Below are positions 37,368 through 47,897 of a DNA stretch of 64,000 nt, piece after piece. The stretch comes from Gemmatimonadaceae bacterium. GTDB taxonomy: Bacteria; Gemmatimonadota; Gemmatimonadetes; Gemmatimonadales; Gemmatimonadaceae. The first letter of the stretch is position 1, and every line of letters begins with the position of its first letter. The position numbers and the translations under genes were made by a program. Below the pieces are notes generated by a model. That model did no database searches, had not been told where the DNA came from, and saw nothing but the letters and a program-made list of their open reading frames with translations. The stretch lies in contig JBHYGA010000009.1 of NCBI GenBank assembly GCA_051859245.1, positions 1-64,000 on the forward strand, written 5' to 3'.

Positions 37368-38564
37368 ATGAGCCCTCTGCGCTACTACCCGCCGGTTCAC
37401 GCCCCCGTCAGCGTTCGAGGAGTTTGGGCGGCACTTGGCGCCAGCCTTGGCGGAGATCCGGAGGCCGTTGAGAGCCGGGCGCGAGCGGCGCTGGCCGAGC
37501 TGTATCCACGACGTCGCGCGGTTCTGACGAACAGTGGCACATCGGCCCTCCAGCTTGCGCTGCAACTCACCAGCACGGCTAGGGCGGGCGCTGATCGCGC
37601 CGGGATCGTGGCGCTGCCTGCGTACGCGTGTCCAGACTTGGGCACGGCGGCGATCGGCGCCAACTTTTCGATTCGGCTGTACGACGTCGACCCGCGCACG
37701 CTGCAACCGGATTGGGACTCGCTCGAACGTGCGCTGTCGATGGGCGTGACCCACGTGGTGGGGGCGCACTTGTATGGGCGTCTGGTGGATATTCCCGAGA
37801 TGCGTCGCCGCGCCGACGCTCACGGGGCGATTGTTATTGAGGATGCTGCCCAGCACGCGGGCGGCACGTTGCACGGTGTGCGCGGTGGTGCCTTGGCGGA
37901 TATCTCGGTGCTCAGCTTCGGGCGCGGCAAAGGCATAAATGCTGGCGGTGGCGGAGCGTTGTTGCTGGAGGGAGAACAGTGGGTCACGCCACCGTCACTT
38001 CCCCGGCAAAGCGTGGTGAACAGTGTGAAGATAGCACTGATCAGCACGGCGGTCAGCGTACTGTCTCACCCATTGTTGTATCGTTTACCCGCCCGTCTGC
38101 CTGGGCTAGGTCTGGGGGAGACGGTGTATCACGCGCCGGGCAATCCAGAAGCGATTGCGGCGGCCTCGGCGATGCTGCTGCTGTACGCTCTTCGAGATGA
38201 GGCTATGGGCCTGGAGGCGAGAAGAGCGCGTGAGCAATGGTACTCATTGTCGCTCGCAGCGCATTCTGGATTGATTTTCGAATCTCTGGCCGGAAGCGTG
38301 TCAGGCGCGCTTCGATTCCCGATTCGGCTTTCTGCAGAGCTCGCTTTGGGGCTCAAAATGCTCGGGGTCAGTCGATCCTATCCTAAAACACTCGCAGAGT
38401 ATCCGGAGCTTTGCGTGACGATGCACGCCCGAGGGGCGACTGCGTTGGCCGCGGAGACCTACACACTTGCAACGCACAAATTCGTTTCAGAGGAACTCGC
38501 CGCCAAGTTGGTTGCCGCGCTTTCGAAGACCGAGGTCAAGAGGGTAGCTAGTCGATCAGGATGA
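37368..38564 (+). CDS. DegT/DnrJ/EryC1/StrS-family PLP aminotransferase-like protein
   Basis: SGTSAL, PAYACP, HLYG, IEDAAQ, SFGRGK (PLP Lys) and GGG motifs; start placed at ATG 37368. Confidence 0.85.
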   Translation: MSPLRYYPPVHAPVSVRGVWAALGASLGGDPEAVESRARAALAELYPRRRAVLTNSGTSALQLALQLTSTARAGADRAGIVALPAYACPDLGTAAIGANFSIRLYDVDPRTLQPDWDSLERALSMGVTHVVGAHLYGRLVDIPEMRRRADAHGAIVIEDAAQHAGGTLHGVRGGALADISVLSFGRGKGINAGGGGALLLEGEQWVTPPSLPRQSVVNSVKIALISTAVSVLSHPLLYRLPARLPGLGLGETVYHAPGNPEAIAAASAMLLLYALRDEAMGLEARRAREQWYSLSLAAHSGLIFESLAGSVSGALRFPIRLSAELALGLKMLGVSRSYPKTLAEYPELCVTMHARGATALAAETYTLATHKFVSEELAAKLVAALSKTEVKRVASRSG

Positions 38565-39458
38565 GGCGAGAGCACGCTGAACTCGGTCCAAGTCTGCGAG
38601 CCTGGCCTCTGGCACGGCAATGACGTCACACCAGCGGCGCGGCGGAACTTCAAATTGTTCTAGCTTGAGGAGTTTGTCCGTAGTCCAAAACATGTATCGC
38701 GCGGTGCGGTAAGATTTGAGTGTGTGAATCGCAGCCAAGGGGTCGAGCCCCTGCGCTTCCGCCGCACTATGAAGGTGCTCGAACCATATGATCGGAGCGT
38801 CTCGTCTATCAAGAAGCATCGAGGCACCGCGAAACACGCGCGCCTCTGCTCCCTCTACGTCAACCTTGATGAAAGTCGGTCGCGCAAGCCCCGACGCGGA
38901 AATGAGACTGTCGAGTGAAACAACCCGGACATTGACTACTGACACGATATTATTGTGCTTACTCCAGTTCCCGAGGCTGCCCATACTGTCGTCGCTGGGA
39001 ATGTAAAACGGCAATTCTCCGTCGGTCTCGGCCAGTGCGACGGCGTGAACCCGTACACGCAAATCGGTACTGAACGTTTCTTGCAGCGCAGGAACAAGGT
39101 TCGGGTTGGGCTCGAATGCCTCAACCCTTCCGTAATCCCCGACGCATGTGCGCAGGAGGTCAGAACACAGGCCAACGTTCGCGCCGATGTCGTACACGAC
39201 GTGTCCGGCGGTGACAAGGCAACGAATGGCGACAGCCAGCTCAGCTTCACGGTTGCGGAGCTCCTCGGACGTCTTGGAGAATGCCCATGTGTGTCTCCGA
39301 GACACGTCGAGCAGTATGGGTTCCGAAGAGTAGGCCCATACTTTTGCTCTCTGGAAAACTCGAAGCCGCTTAGCAAGAAATCTGTAGAGGGTCCACGCAC
39401 CGCGGACATCACGACGAAGAAGTATCTGGACCACGCGGACTACGGCGTCACTAAACAT
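38556..39458 (-). CDS. FkbM family methyltransferase
   Basis: YDIGANVG, AFEPNP, LD and IKVDVEGAE motifs. Confidence 0.92.
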   Translation of the reverse strand: MFSDAVVRVVQILLRRDVRGAWTLYRFLAKRLRVFQRAKVWAYSSEPILLDVSRRHTWAFSKTSEELRNREAELAVAIRCLVTAGHVVYDIGANVGLCSDLLRTCVGDYGRVEAFEPNPNLVPALQETFSTDLRVRVHAVALAETDGELPFYIPSDDSMGSLGNWSKHNNIVSVVNVRVVSLDSLISASGLARPTFIKVDVEGAEARVFRGASMLLDRRDAPIIWFEHLHSAAEAQGLDPLAAIHTLKSYRTARYMFWTTDKLLKLEQFEVPPRRWCDVIAVPEARLADLDRVQRALASS

Positions 39459-39715
39459 GCATGGATGGGAAAGAGCCGAGGGTCGTCACGAGGGGCATGT
39501 CGGAACTACGGTAGTCCGTATGAGCAGCTGCATTATAGCTCTACCCGCGCGATTCGGGCGGGATCGCACTAACCCTCGACAAGCTGCCATGCGGGAACGT
39601 GATTTGGCAACAACTCTATCGTTACTCAGCTCATTGCCAGTCGTCGTCGGGCACAGGCTGGGGCTGGACTAACCACGCAGTATTCGTAGCAACCCGCCCT
39701 TCACACGATTGTGAC

Positions 39716-40756
39716 ATGACCCCCCTCGTTTCCCAGCTCCGCACGCACGCCGAAAGCGCCAGGGATATCGCGTCTCGGGTGATTATGCACCGCGATGCGG
39801 TGTCAAGGTATGCCAAGCTTGTAACCAACCCGGATGTCGCGCCGCTTACTAAGCGTGTTGAGAAACAGATTGCTGAGTACGCGATGGACCACTTTGGCTC
39901 GCGGTGGAGTGCGAGCTGGCTTCGCTTTTATGCCGCGTTTCGAGGCGAGTTTGTTGAAGGCTGGTTGCCCGAAGATCACTACGTTCGCGTAGTATTGCCA
40001 CAGGTGAATGGACCATACCGCGAAGTTGGCATGGCCAAGACGCTAACCCGCCGCATGTTGTCGTCCGATGCGTTGCCTGATCTGGCGTACTGCGTGCACG
40101 GACAGTGGTATGACACGGAAATGGAGATGCTCAGCGCCGGAGCGGTAAAGGACCTGGTGTTTCGCGATTCGGCTACCGTTATCATGAAGGTTGACAACGC
40201 GATGCAGGGCTACGGCGTCAAGGTTTTTGATCGAGCGGACTTCAAACCCGACTTTTTCACCGGGCATTCCGTGGTGCAGCGCTTTATCCCTCAGGCTCGC
40301 TGGTTCGATCAGATCGTATCAGGGTCCACCTGCACGCTGCGTGTTCTAAGCGCGCTTGTTGACGGAAAGCCGAGATTTGTTGCCAGCCATCTTCGCGCCG
40401 GCAGGCAGCGTGAGCGGGCAATTATTGGCACCACCAAACTCACGCTTGCCGTGAGCGAACAGGGTAAACTCGGGCCGTTCGCCAGCGATATTCGGTGGAA
40501 ACGATATCGTTCGCATCCCGACTCCGGTTTTGTTTTTGCGGATCAACAAGTTCCGCGATTCGCAGAGGCGGTAGAGCTTGCACTTTCACTGCACCGAAAG
40601 GTGCCGCATTTCAGGTTGATTGGCTGGGATATTGCCATTCCAGACTCCGGGCCGTTGCAGTTGCTTGAGTGGAATATGAATCATCCTGGCATAACGTTTC
40701 ACGAGGCCGCGAGTGGTCCATGCTTTGGATGGCTCAAAGCTGGGATGAGCGCATGA
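39716..40756 (+). CDS. Sugar-transfer-associated ATP-grasp protein (tandem copy A)
   Basis: MK...MQG.G, VVQ, TLRV, HPDSG, IGWDIAI and LEWN motifs. Confidence 0.85.
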   Translation: MTPLVSQLRTHAESARDIASRVIMHRDAVSRYAKLVTNPDVAPLTKRVEKQIAEYAMDHFGSRWSASWLRFYAAFRGEFVEGWLPEDHYVRVVLPQVNGPYREVGMAKTLTRRMLSSDALPDLAYCVHGQWYDTEMEMLSAGAVKDLVFRDSATVIMKVDNAMQGYGVKVFDRADFKPDFFTGHSVVQRFIPQARWFDQIVSGSTCTLRVLSALVDGKPRFVASHLRAGRQRERAIIGTTKLTLAVSEQGKLGPFASDIRWKRYRSHPDSGFVFADQQVPRFAEAVELALSLHRKVPHFRLIGWDIAIPDSGPLQLLEWNMNHPGITFHEAASGPCFGWLKAGMSA

Positions 40757-41799
40757 AGCCATTTGCTGTGATCGTAAAAAACGCGGCCAAACGGGTTTCG
40801 GAGGATGCAAACCTCGTTTTGCTCCGGCAAGAAGCTGATTTGAGATACAAGCGACTCATCAAGAATGCGAACGTCCCGCCGCTCAACACAGGGACTGAGA
40901 AGCGTGTGTTCGAATACGCCATGGATACCTTTCGCTCCCGCTGTAGCGCGAGCTGGCTGCGCTTTTACGCGGCATTTCGCGGCGAGTTCGTTGAGGGTTG
41001 TATTCCTGAAGATCTGTACTCACGACGTGTGCTACAGCATCTTAATAGTGAGTTCCGAACAATCGCGCAGGCCAAAACGCTCACACGACGAATGCTTGGG
41101 GCCGCCGAAATACCAGACCTCGCGTATCGTGTACACGGGCTGTGGTACGACCAGAACATGCAGCGCATCGGGCTCGGAGAGCTGCGCGATAAGTTGTTCA
41201 GTCAGCACGAAAGCGTGATCATGAAGCTGGACAACTCAATGCAAGGGCGTGGAATCAAGGTTTTTGATCGAACAGATTTCAACCCCGATCACTTTCCGGG
41301 AAACTCCGTTGTGCAGCGATTTGTCGAGCAGGACCCATGGTTCGACCAGATCATCACTGGCTCAACAAGTACGCTGCGAATATTGAGTGCGCTGATCGAC
41401 GGAACGCCACGGCTGATCGCCAGTCATTTCAGGGTCGGACGAAGCAACGAACGTTCAATTGCAAGCCGCACACGACTGCTGCTTTCGGTGGACGCACAGG
41501 GACGTCTGGGAGACTTTGCCAGCGACGGTGCGTGGCGTCGCTACGTCCAACATCCTGACACCGGATTCACGTTTGCGAAGCAACAGATTCCAAGGTTTGC
41601 CGAGGCGGTCGCAAACTGCTTTGCGCTACACCAGCGTGTTCCGCAATTCCAACTGGTCGGCTGGGACCTGGCGATTCCGTCGACTGGGCCGCTGCAGATT
41701 CTTGAATGGAACATGAATCATCCGGGAATAACCTTTCACGAAGCAGCAAGCGGACCGTGCTTCAAGGGCCTCGGTCTGGAGGCGTTGGCAAAAGGCTAG
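40753..41799 (+). CDS. Sugar-transfer-associated ATP-grasp protein (tandem copy B)
   Basis: Same motifs as copy A; ATGA overlap with the stop of copy A. Confidence 0.85.
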   Translation: MKPFAVIVKNAAKRVSEDANLVLLRQEADLRYKRLIKNANVPPLNTGTEKRVFEYAMDTFRSRCSASWLRFYAAFRGEFVEGCIPEDLYSRRVLQHLNSEFRTIAQAKTLTRRMLGAAEIPDLAYRVHGLWYDQNMQRIGLGELRDKLFSQHESVIMKLDNSMQGRGIKVFDRTDFNPDHFPGNSVVQRFVEQDPWFDQIITGSTSTLRILSALIDGTPRLIASHFRVGRSNERSIASRTRLLLSVDAQGRLGDFASDGAWRRYVQHPDTGFTFAKQQIPRFAEAVANCFALHQRVPQFQLVGWDLAIPSTGPLQILEWNMNHPGITFHEAASGPCFKGLGLEALAKG

Positions 41800-42874
41800 C
41801 GTACAACGATTCGTACGCGCTAACCATTGCCGCTTCACTGTATCGCTCACGAGCCACGTGGAATGCTCGGTTCGTGAGTGACTCACGCACGCCGTTTTTA
41901 TCCTGCAGCAAGCGCGTCAGTGCTTGAGCCATTGCTGCAGCATCGCGCACTGGCACGAGCAGCCCCGTGACCTCGTGCTCGAGAATTTCTTCCGGGCCGC
42001 CACTGCGCGTAGCAACAACAGGAATTCCCGCCAGCATGGCCTCTATCGTGGAGAGTGAAAACCCCTCCTGCGAAGAACTCAGCACAAAACAATCAGCCTC
42101 ACGCAGCATTGATTGCGGATCTGCGACGAATCCGTGAAACGTGACATGCGATTCGAGACGCAACTCCTGAACCTGAGCGAGCAAAACTTCATAGAGTCCT
42201 TCCCGGTCGGGCTGCCCCAGAACGTTCAGGAGCACATCGGGGATTTGATCACGCAAAAGTGACATTGCCTGAATCAACGTGGGATAATCTTTAGCCTTCC
42301 TGATGTTGCCTATCGCGATTATTCGTGGTGATGCGGAGACCGAGCGCGCTTCCGGAACCTGTGCAGCATCCGGTAGCGGTACACCGTTGGGCACCACGGA
42401 AAAATTCGCTGGCGCGATTTGCAGTGCATCACGAAGCTCGGTGCGCAGCATATCGGAAACCGCCACAACGCGAGTGATGCTCGCCCGGAACAAGCGCTGC
42501 TTGATCGCTGCCTTGATTCCCCCTCGCCGCACATCTACCTGCCCGTGCAAGGTAACAATACACGGAATGCCCTCCAGCCTCGCGGCGAGAGCGGCGTATA
42601 AAGCGCCCTCAAAAAGATGCGCGTGCACGATCTGAGCATTCTGCGAACGTATTTGGTGTCTCAGGAGCTGCAGTAGCGGCCAGTCAAACGCGCTGCCACT
42701 GGGCATCAAAACAAAGGGCAAGCCGCGCTTCGTGAGCTCCTTGGGTAGCCAAGAGCCGTTGCGCACCAGGCAGTTTACCTGGTGGCCACGCGACTGCAGC
42801 CCGCCCGAAAGCCTGGCGAACACCGTTTCAGCACCTCCCGGCCCGCCCGTTTCAATAACCTGCAGAATTCGCAT
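41762..42874 (-). CDS. Glycosyltransferase family 4
   Basis: GGAE, HAH, VPNG, IGN...K and EGFSLSTIEAM motifs. Confidence 0.92.
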   Translation of the reverse strand: MRILQVIETGGPGGAETVFARLSGGLQSRGHQVNCLVRNGSWLPKELTKRGLPFVLMPSGSAFDWPLLQLLRHQIRSQNAQIVHAHLFEGALYAALAARLEGIPCIVTLHGQVDVRRGGIKAAIKQRLFRASITRVVAVSDMLRTELRDALQIAPANFSVVPNGVPLPDAAQVPEARSVSASPRIIAIGNIRKAKDYPTLIQAMSLLRDQIPDVLLNVLGQPDREGLYEVLLAQVQELRLESHVTFHGFVADPQSMLREADCFVLSSSQEGFSLSTIEAMLAGIPVVATRSGGPEEILEHEVTGLLVPVRDAAAMAQALTRLLQDKNGVRESLTNRAFHVARERYSEAAMVSAYESLYASLLPTPPDRGP

Positions 42875-42880
42875 GTCTGG

Positions 42881-43936
42881 TCAGCGAGAGATCAGTCGAC
42901 TTACGAGTTTTTCAAGGCGTGCGTTGGTCGTACCAACTTCGACCCGCACTTCAGACGCAACCTCCATATCCTCTCCTCCGAAACGTCGCTTGAACTCAGC
43001 GATGCCGGCAAGTGGGCTCGCCGGATCAGCATTCACAGTGATACCGCCAAGGTCGAACCACGAAGCGCCGCGCGAAATTCCCCACTGCATCAGTCGCCAC
43101 ATCGGTGCGTAGTTTAGCGGCAAAGTGCCGAGTTCCGGTTCACGCGACGCCGCGCCGTGCAGATACGTGACGTGGTCGCCGTTGTCGACGCCCAGGGCAA
43201 ACGCAACGATGCGTTCGGGGCCCGTTACGGTTGGCAACTGGAGCGTGACGAGTAAGCGGTGCGATTGATCCGCAATGGCAAATTTGAGATCGGACGCGGC
43301 GAGATCACGTTGCAGCGCGGACCCGGTTCGCGTGAACGAGCTCTTCATGAGATCAAGCAAGCGCGGCAAATCCGCCGGCAGGACATCGGTTGAGAGAACA
43401 AGTCCGGCACTCAACGGACGACGCACCGCCCGCCGCAGGGTCGCCGGAAACGTAGCGAACGTGTCATCATCTCTCGAACCGAGCGTAATCACATGAGTGT
43501 GCGTGTACATCATGGCTTTGGGATAGCTGACGTTCGCCACGCCGGCCAAAGCTGTTATCATCTCGTCGCGCGCATTTCTGTTTTTGCTCACCAACCGCAG
43601 ATCGGCGCGCATCACCCGGGGCAGAGCCTGCATGCCCGCTATCAGAAACGACGCGAACTCATTGGCGCGTTGTGCATGCAGATAACTGATGTGGATATCG
43701 GCCCTTACAAGGGTAGCCCACGGAACGCGGCGGCTCCCGGATGTCCGCACCGACAGTCCCATAATCGCATCACTGTGAGGCGCACCTATCCAGTAGCGTT
43801 CTTCTCCGCCGCGCACAAACGCCTTGCTGCGGGGTCGCCACGACTCGGGGATGTGTAGTTCGCTGGATTCCATCTTCGCCAGCGACGCCAGATGTTCGAC
43901 GGAACCGTCCGCTGAGACTGCAATCCTCGGCAACAC
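42881..43936 (-). CDS. FemAB/GNAT-fold aminoacyl or acyl transferase
   Basis: LRRAVRR, YLHGA, W..MQW...RG...FDLGG and GI..FKRRFGG motifs typical of FemABX-like proteins. Confidence 0.75.
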   Translation of the reverse strand: MLPRIAVSADGSVEHLASLAKMESSELHIPESWRPRSKAFVRGGEERYWIGAPHSDAIMGLSVRTSGSRRVPWATLVRADIHISYLHAQRANEFASFLIAGMQALPRVMRADLRLVSKNRNARDEMITALAGVANVSYPKAMMYTHTHVITLGSRDDDTFATFPATLRRAVRRPLSAGLVLSTDVLPADLPRLLDLMKSSFTRTGSALQRDLAASDLKFAIADQSHRLLVTLQLPTVTGPERIVAFALGVDNGDHVTYLHGAASREPELGTLPLNYAPMWRLMQWGISRGASWFDLGGITVNADPASPLAGIAEFKRRFGGEDMEVASEVRVEVGTTNARLEKLVSRLISR

Positions 43937-43938
43937 CG

Positions 43939-44952
43939 TCAGAGCAGCAGGTCGCGCGCCATATTGGGCGGCCGATCATCGAACGAGAAGCGCGGTAGTC
44001 GCCAACGTAGCGTCGACTCGCGTTCAGTCCATTCACGACGGTCTATATAGCCGGGTTCACTGCTCAGCCCACCGATCGCATCACTTTCGCGTACCACTGA
44101 CTCTTCGCGCGCGCCAAGGTCTCGATAGCGCCCGTTCGGGTAACAGAACACGCCGCTCGCAAAGCGGAGCTCGGCGCGCACGCGGGCGATTGAGCCTGCA
44201 ACTTCCTCGCGGGCTTCCGCCTCGCCGCACTGACTCAAAATGGGATGAGAGAGCGAATGAGCACCGAACCGAATAACTCCCGGTGCTTCCGCCGCCCGAA
44301 GTTCATCCCAGGTAAGCACGCGATACTCGCGCGGTGTGGTGGCCGAGAGCTCCACCCCGCTGCGCTCGATCACTTGCGCGATGACCGACAAGCGCTCGGC
44401 ATTGGTCACTCGCTTGAGTTGATCAACGATCGCATCAAGGGATTGTTTGCGAACGACTGGATCAGTGAGGGAAAGCGAGAGTGATGTTCGGGGCAGCTCC
44501 ACCTGAAGTGATGGGTGCTCGGTGTGCTTCATCACGTACTCGAGCTGATCCCACCAGAACCAGGCTGATCCATCCACCATATGAGGAACAACAAATGCTG
44601 TTACCGGACAGTCGAACTCTCGAAAGATCGGAAGTCCGACTTGGAGCAGATCGGCGTAGCCATCATCAACGGTGAACGCAACAGTCATTTCCCCGCTGCT
44701 GCCCGTTAGCGGGGCGCCTTCATCAAGCTCGAGCAGCAGGTCGTCGAGTTGCACAAAGCGCGCGCCGATAGCGCGCAAGTGCGACAGCGTATCGCGCAGT
44801 CGCTCCGGCGTGTGTCCGGTTTGTTTGCCATGCGGCGCACGAAACCGGTGCAGCATCACGATATTGACGCGAGAACGACGCAGCCTGGCCAGCGCGCGGC
44901 TGGCCATCGGGTGCGCGATTGCGCGCAGTGCTGCGTCTTTGATCGTTCTCAT
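43939..44952 (-). CDS. Polysaccharide deacetylase
   Basis: MLHR, FTVDDGY, LTWDEL, FGAHSLSH and FCYPNG motifs; ATGA overlap with the upstream GT. Confidence 0.9.
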   Translation of the reverse strand: MRTIKDAALRAIAHPMASRALARLRRSRVNIVMLHRFRAPHGKQTGHTPERLRDTLSHLRAIGARFVQLDDLLLELDEGAPLTGSSGEMTVAFTVDDGYADLLQVGLPIFREFDCPVTAFVVPHMVDGSAWFWWDQLEYVMKHTEHPSLQVELPRTSLSLSLTDPVVRKQSLDAIVDQLKRVTNAERLSVIAQVIERSGVELSATTPREYRVLTWDELRAAEAPGVIRFGAHSLSHPILSQCGEAEAREEVAGSIARVRAELRFASGVFCYPNGRYRDLGAREESVVRESDAIGGLSSEPGYIDRREWTERESTLRWRLPRFSFDDRPPNMARDLLL

Positions 44953-46169
44953 GCAACCGTGGCGCTGATTGACTGATACTCGCGCAACAAACCGGCGCCG
45001 ATGCGTTGCCAATCGTACACTTCTTCGGCCGTACGGCGCGCGTTGGCTCCGAGACGCATTTGCAACGCCTCGTCGTTCAACACCATTCGCACGGCTTGGG
45101 CGAACTCACGCGGCTCGTCGCGCACCAGAATGTTTTCTCCATCGCGCGCATCCAGACCTTCACAGCCGACGGTTGTTGAGACAACCGCTTTCCCCATGGC
45201 CCAGGCGTCGAGCACCTTGAGTCGTGTACCGCCTCCAACGCGGAGCGGCACCACAAAGCAACCCGCGGCGTGCACGAAGGGTTGCACCGAATCGACATAT
45301 CCCGTGAGTGTGATCCCGCGTTGCGCGTACGATTCCTGCGCGCCTGGAAGCGCGCGCCCCACCCACATGATCTCGGGCAGCGGACCGGTGGCCTGCAGGG
45401 CGGGCACGATTTCGTCGGCAAAGAACTCGAGGCCGTCTTTGTTCGGAAACCAGGTCATGCCGCCAACGAACACAATGCCTGTGCCGGCGCGACCGGAGGG
45501 CTGAAAGGTGTGCACATCAACACCATTGGGAACCACCGCCGTACGGGCGCCGGGGGCGATCGCCTGGAGCAACCGCTCGTCGTCTGGAGAGCACACGGCG
45601 TTGAGCGCTACCCGCGGGCACCAGTAGGCCTCCTCCTGACGCATGAGCTCAGCCTGAAAGGCCAGGTACTGCTTTTTGATCGGGTTCGTCTCGACATCGG
45701 CGCGACGGCGCAACAGCGCCGATTCCACGTTGTGATGCGTGACGGCAACCGGCAGCTCGCCGAACGCCGGAAGATAGGCCGACAGATCCAGACTGTCGCA
45801 GTGCACCAGTGCGTAGTCCCTTGCCGAGAGCAGTTCGTCGAGCCGTTTGCGCAGGGCGGCGTTTTCGTACACGTGGCGCGTGTACACTTCGCGCGCGAGG
45901 GTGCTGCGAAGATGATCACGGACGAACCGCAGGCGGTCGTGTTCCTGCTCGATCGGGAATGCCTCCAGGGACTTCACGAAGGGGCGTAACCCCTCGAGCC
46001 CCCGGTCTACGCCCCGCGAGACACTCTGCCGAAAGAAGCAAACGGCATGAATGTCGTAGGTGGCGGAGAGCAGTTTGAGGATGTTGAATGTCCGAATGTT
46101 GACGCCTCCGTCGGGCGGGAAGGGTAGCGTCTGACAGAGGAACAACAACGATTCACGAGCTAACGTCAC
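44949..46169 (-). CDS. Glycosyltransferase family 4 (PEP-CTERM-system sugar transferase-like)
   Basis: PFPPDGG..IR, HHNVES, PNGVD, G.MTWFPN and GGGTRLKVLDA motifs; start placed at GTG 46169. Confidence 0.9.
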   Translation of the reverse strand: MTLARESLLFLCQTLPFPPDGGVNIRTFNILKLLSATYDIHAVCFFRQSVSRGVDRGLEGLRPFVKSLEAFPIEQEHDRLRFVRDHLRSTLAREVYTRHVYENAALRKRLDELLSARDYALVHCDSLDLSAYLPAFGELPVAVTHHNVESALLRRRADVETNPIKKQYLAFQAELMRQEEAYWCPRVALNAVCSPDDERLLQAIAPGARTAVVPNGVDVHTFQPSGRAGTGIVFVGGMTWFPNKDGLEFFADEIVPALQATGPLPEIMWVGRALPGAQESYAQRGITLTGYVDSVQPFVHAAGCFVVPLRVGGGTRLKVLDAWAMGKAVVSTTVGCEGLDARDGENILVRDEPREFAQAVRMVLNDEALQMRLGANARRTAEEVYDWQRIGAGLLREYQSISATVA

Positions 46170-46412
46170 GAACAAGCCGCCACGGGTAGGGTTCAGGGCA
46201 TTTTTTAAGCGTTCGTCGGCGAAGAGTGTGGGCGCGAAGTGATGCAGGCCACAGATCTGAGAAGCTGACGACCTTTGACGGTCGGCGCAACCTCGTCGGC
46301 GAAGTGGAAACCGGGTGTAAGTGACGGGTACGCAGTATCTTGAGTCTAGTGCAAGAGGCGGCGCTTTGCCCGCCTGCGTGATCACACCGATAGCCTCACC
46401 CGTCCGATCTCC

Positions 46413-47828
46413 ATGACGTCTCCATCCACGCTGACGCAACCACAAGCCAGGCTAGGCCTTCGGCCTCCGAGGCGGAAGCGGGGCGACTCTGAGGAGTCGC
46501 TGTTCCAGCTGAAGTTTGGTGCCCTACGCCGGGCGTTTTTTCGGCAGTCGCCAGCGTTCTGGTTCATCTCGCTGTACATCTTTTTTGAGTACGTGCGGCC
46601 GCAGAGTATCTACACGTGGATGGATGTGGCGCCGTGGGCGCTTATGTCACTCGTGGGCGCGGTGATCAGCGTCTTGGTTGAGCGTCGAGCGAAGTTTGAA
46701 AGTACGACGCTCTGGATGCTGATCTTCGCCTTTACCGCGGTAATCGTACTCTCGTCAGCGACTGCATACTTCCCTATGTACTCTTGGGAAAGCAAAGTTT
46801 TTTGGTTCAACTGGCTTTTGCTGATGTTCGTGGTTGGTGCGGGGATCAAGAACCGTACTGAGCTACTGCTGTTTTTGGTGGCGTTTTTTTTGTGGAATCT
46901 CAAGATGTCCCAGCACGGGACAAGAAGCTGGATTGGCGCGGGATTTCGATTCGTTTCGTGGGGCGCGGCAGGAGGGCCAGGTTGGTTCCAAAACTCGGGT
47001 GAGTTTGGAATTCAGATGTGCATCTTTCTGCCGCTTGTGGGCTACGCCAGTCACGGTCTTTGGCCTCACCTGAGCAAATACACCAAGTGGAGCGTCGCCG
47101 CGATTACAGCGACAGGCCTCATCAGCATCATTGCTACCTCATCTCGAGGTGCCATGATCGGCCTCGCGGGCGTAGGGCTTTGGATGCTTGTACGCAGCCC
47201 GAATCGCCTCCGCTCCGGCGTGGTCGTTCTGACAATCCTGCCGTTGATGTGGTTTCTCATTCCCGATGGTAGCAAGGAACGGTTTAGCGAAATGGGATCC
47301 GACAGTGATTCCTTGAACCGACTGCGGTACTGGGGACACGGGATTGAGATTCTCAAGGAACATCCGCTTCTCGGCGTTGGCTACAAGAACTGGCTGCCGT
47401 ACTACCGCACATATTACAACCCCGAAGGCCAGCTGCCGCACAACTACTTTGTCGAAGCTGGCGCGGAGCTTGGTGGTCTCGGTCTTGCGATTCTGATCGC
47501 AATCTTCGTCGCGTACTTCTGGCAGAACGCGAAGACAAGACGCGCTACTCGCCCCAACGGGCCTCGTCCAGATCGATTTTTGCACTCCCTCACGTTTGGG
47601 CTTGATGGTGCAATGATCGGCTTTATGGTGAGCGGCTTCTTCATCACCGTTCTGTACTATCCGTATATTTGGATGAACGTCGCCCTCTGCTTGGCGGTCG
47701 CGCGGGTGGCCGCGGGTGACGAATCCAGGCGACTCAAAGCCAAAGTCAGGCGCGGAGCGACGGCTCGGTTTGGCAGTGCGCCGAGCGTCACTCCTGCGAA
47801 TCCGTTAGCGCGGAGCGATCGATCTTGA
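46413..47828 (+). CDS. O-antigen ligase/Wzy_C family protein (exosortase-associated O-glycosylation ligase-like)
   Basis: Multi-TM; EYVRPQ, N..G, T.SRG, R..W, HPLLGVG and PHNYF...AELG..G motifs. Confidence 0.88.
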   Translation: MTSPSTLTQPQARLGLRPPRRKRGDSEESLFQLKFGALRRAFFRQSPAFWFISLYIFFEYVRPQSIYTWMDVAPWALMSLVGAVISVLVERRAKFESTTLWMLIFAFTAVIVLSSATAYFPMYSWESKVFWFNWLLLMFVVGAGIKNRTELLLFLVAFFLWNLKMSQHGTRSWIGAGFRFVSWGAAGGPGWFQNSGEFGIQMCIFLPLVGYASHGLWPHLSKYTKWSVAAITATGLISIIATSSRGAMIGLAGVGLWMLVRSPNRLRSGVVVLTILPLMWFLIPDGSKERFSEMGSDSDSLNRLRYWGHGIEILKEHPLLGVGYKNWLPYYRTYYNPEGQLPHNYFVEAGAELGGLGLAILIAIFVAYFWQNAKTRRATRPNGPRPDRFLHSLTFGLDGAMIGFMVSGFFITVLYYPYIWMNVALCLAVARVAAGDESRRLKAKVRRGATARFGSAPSVTPANPLARSDRS

Positions 47829-47897
47829 GAGGCATCGCCACTGCGTGAAGCTAGTTTTTTCGCGAAATAGTCGCAGCTTTCACCTCATCTATTTCTG

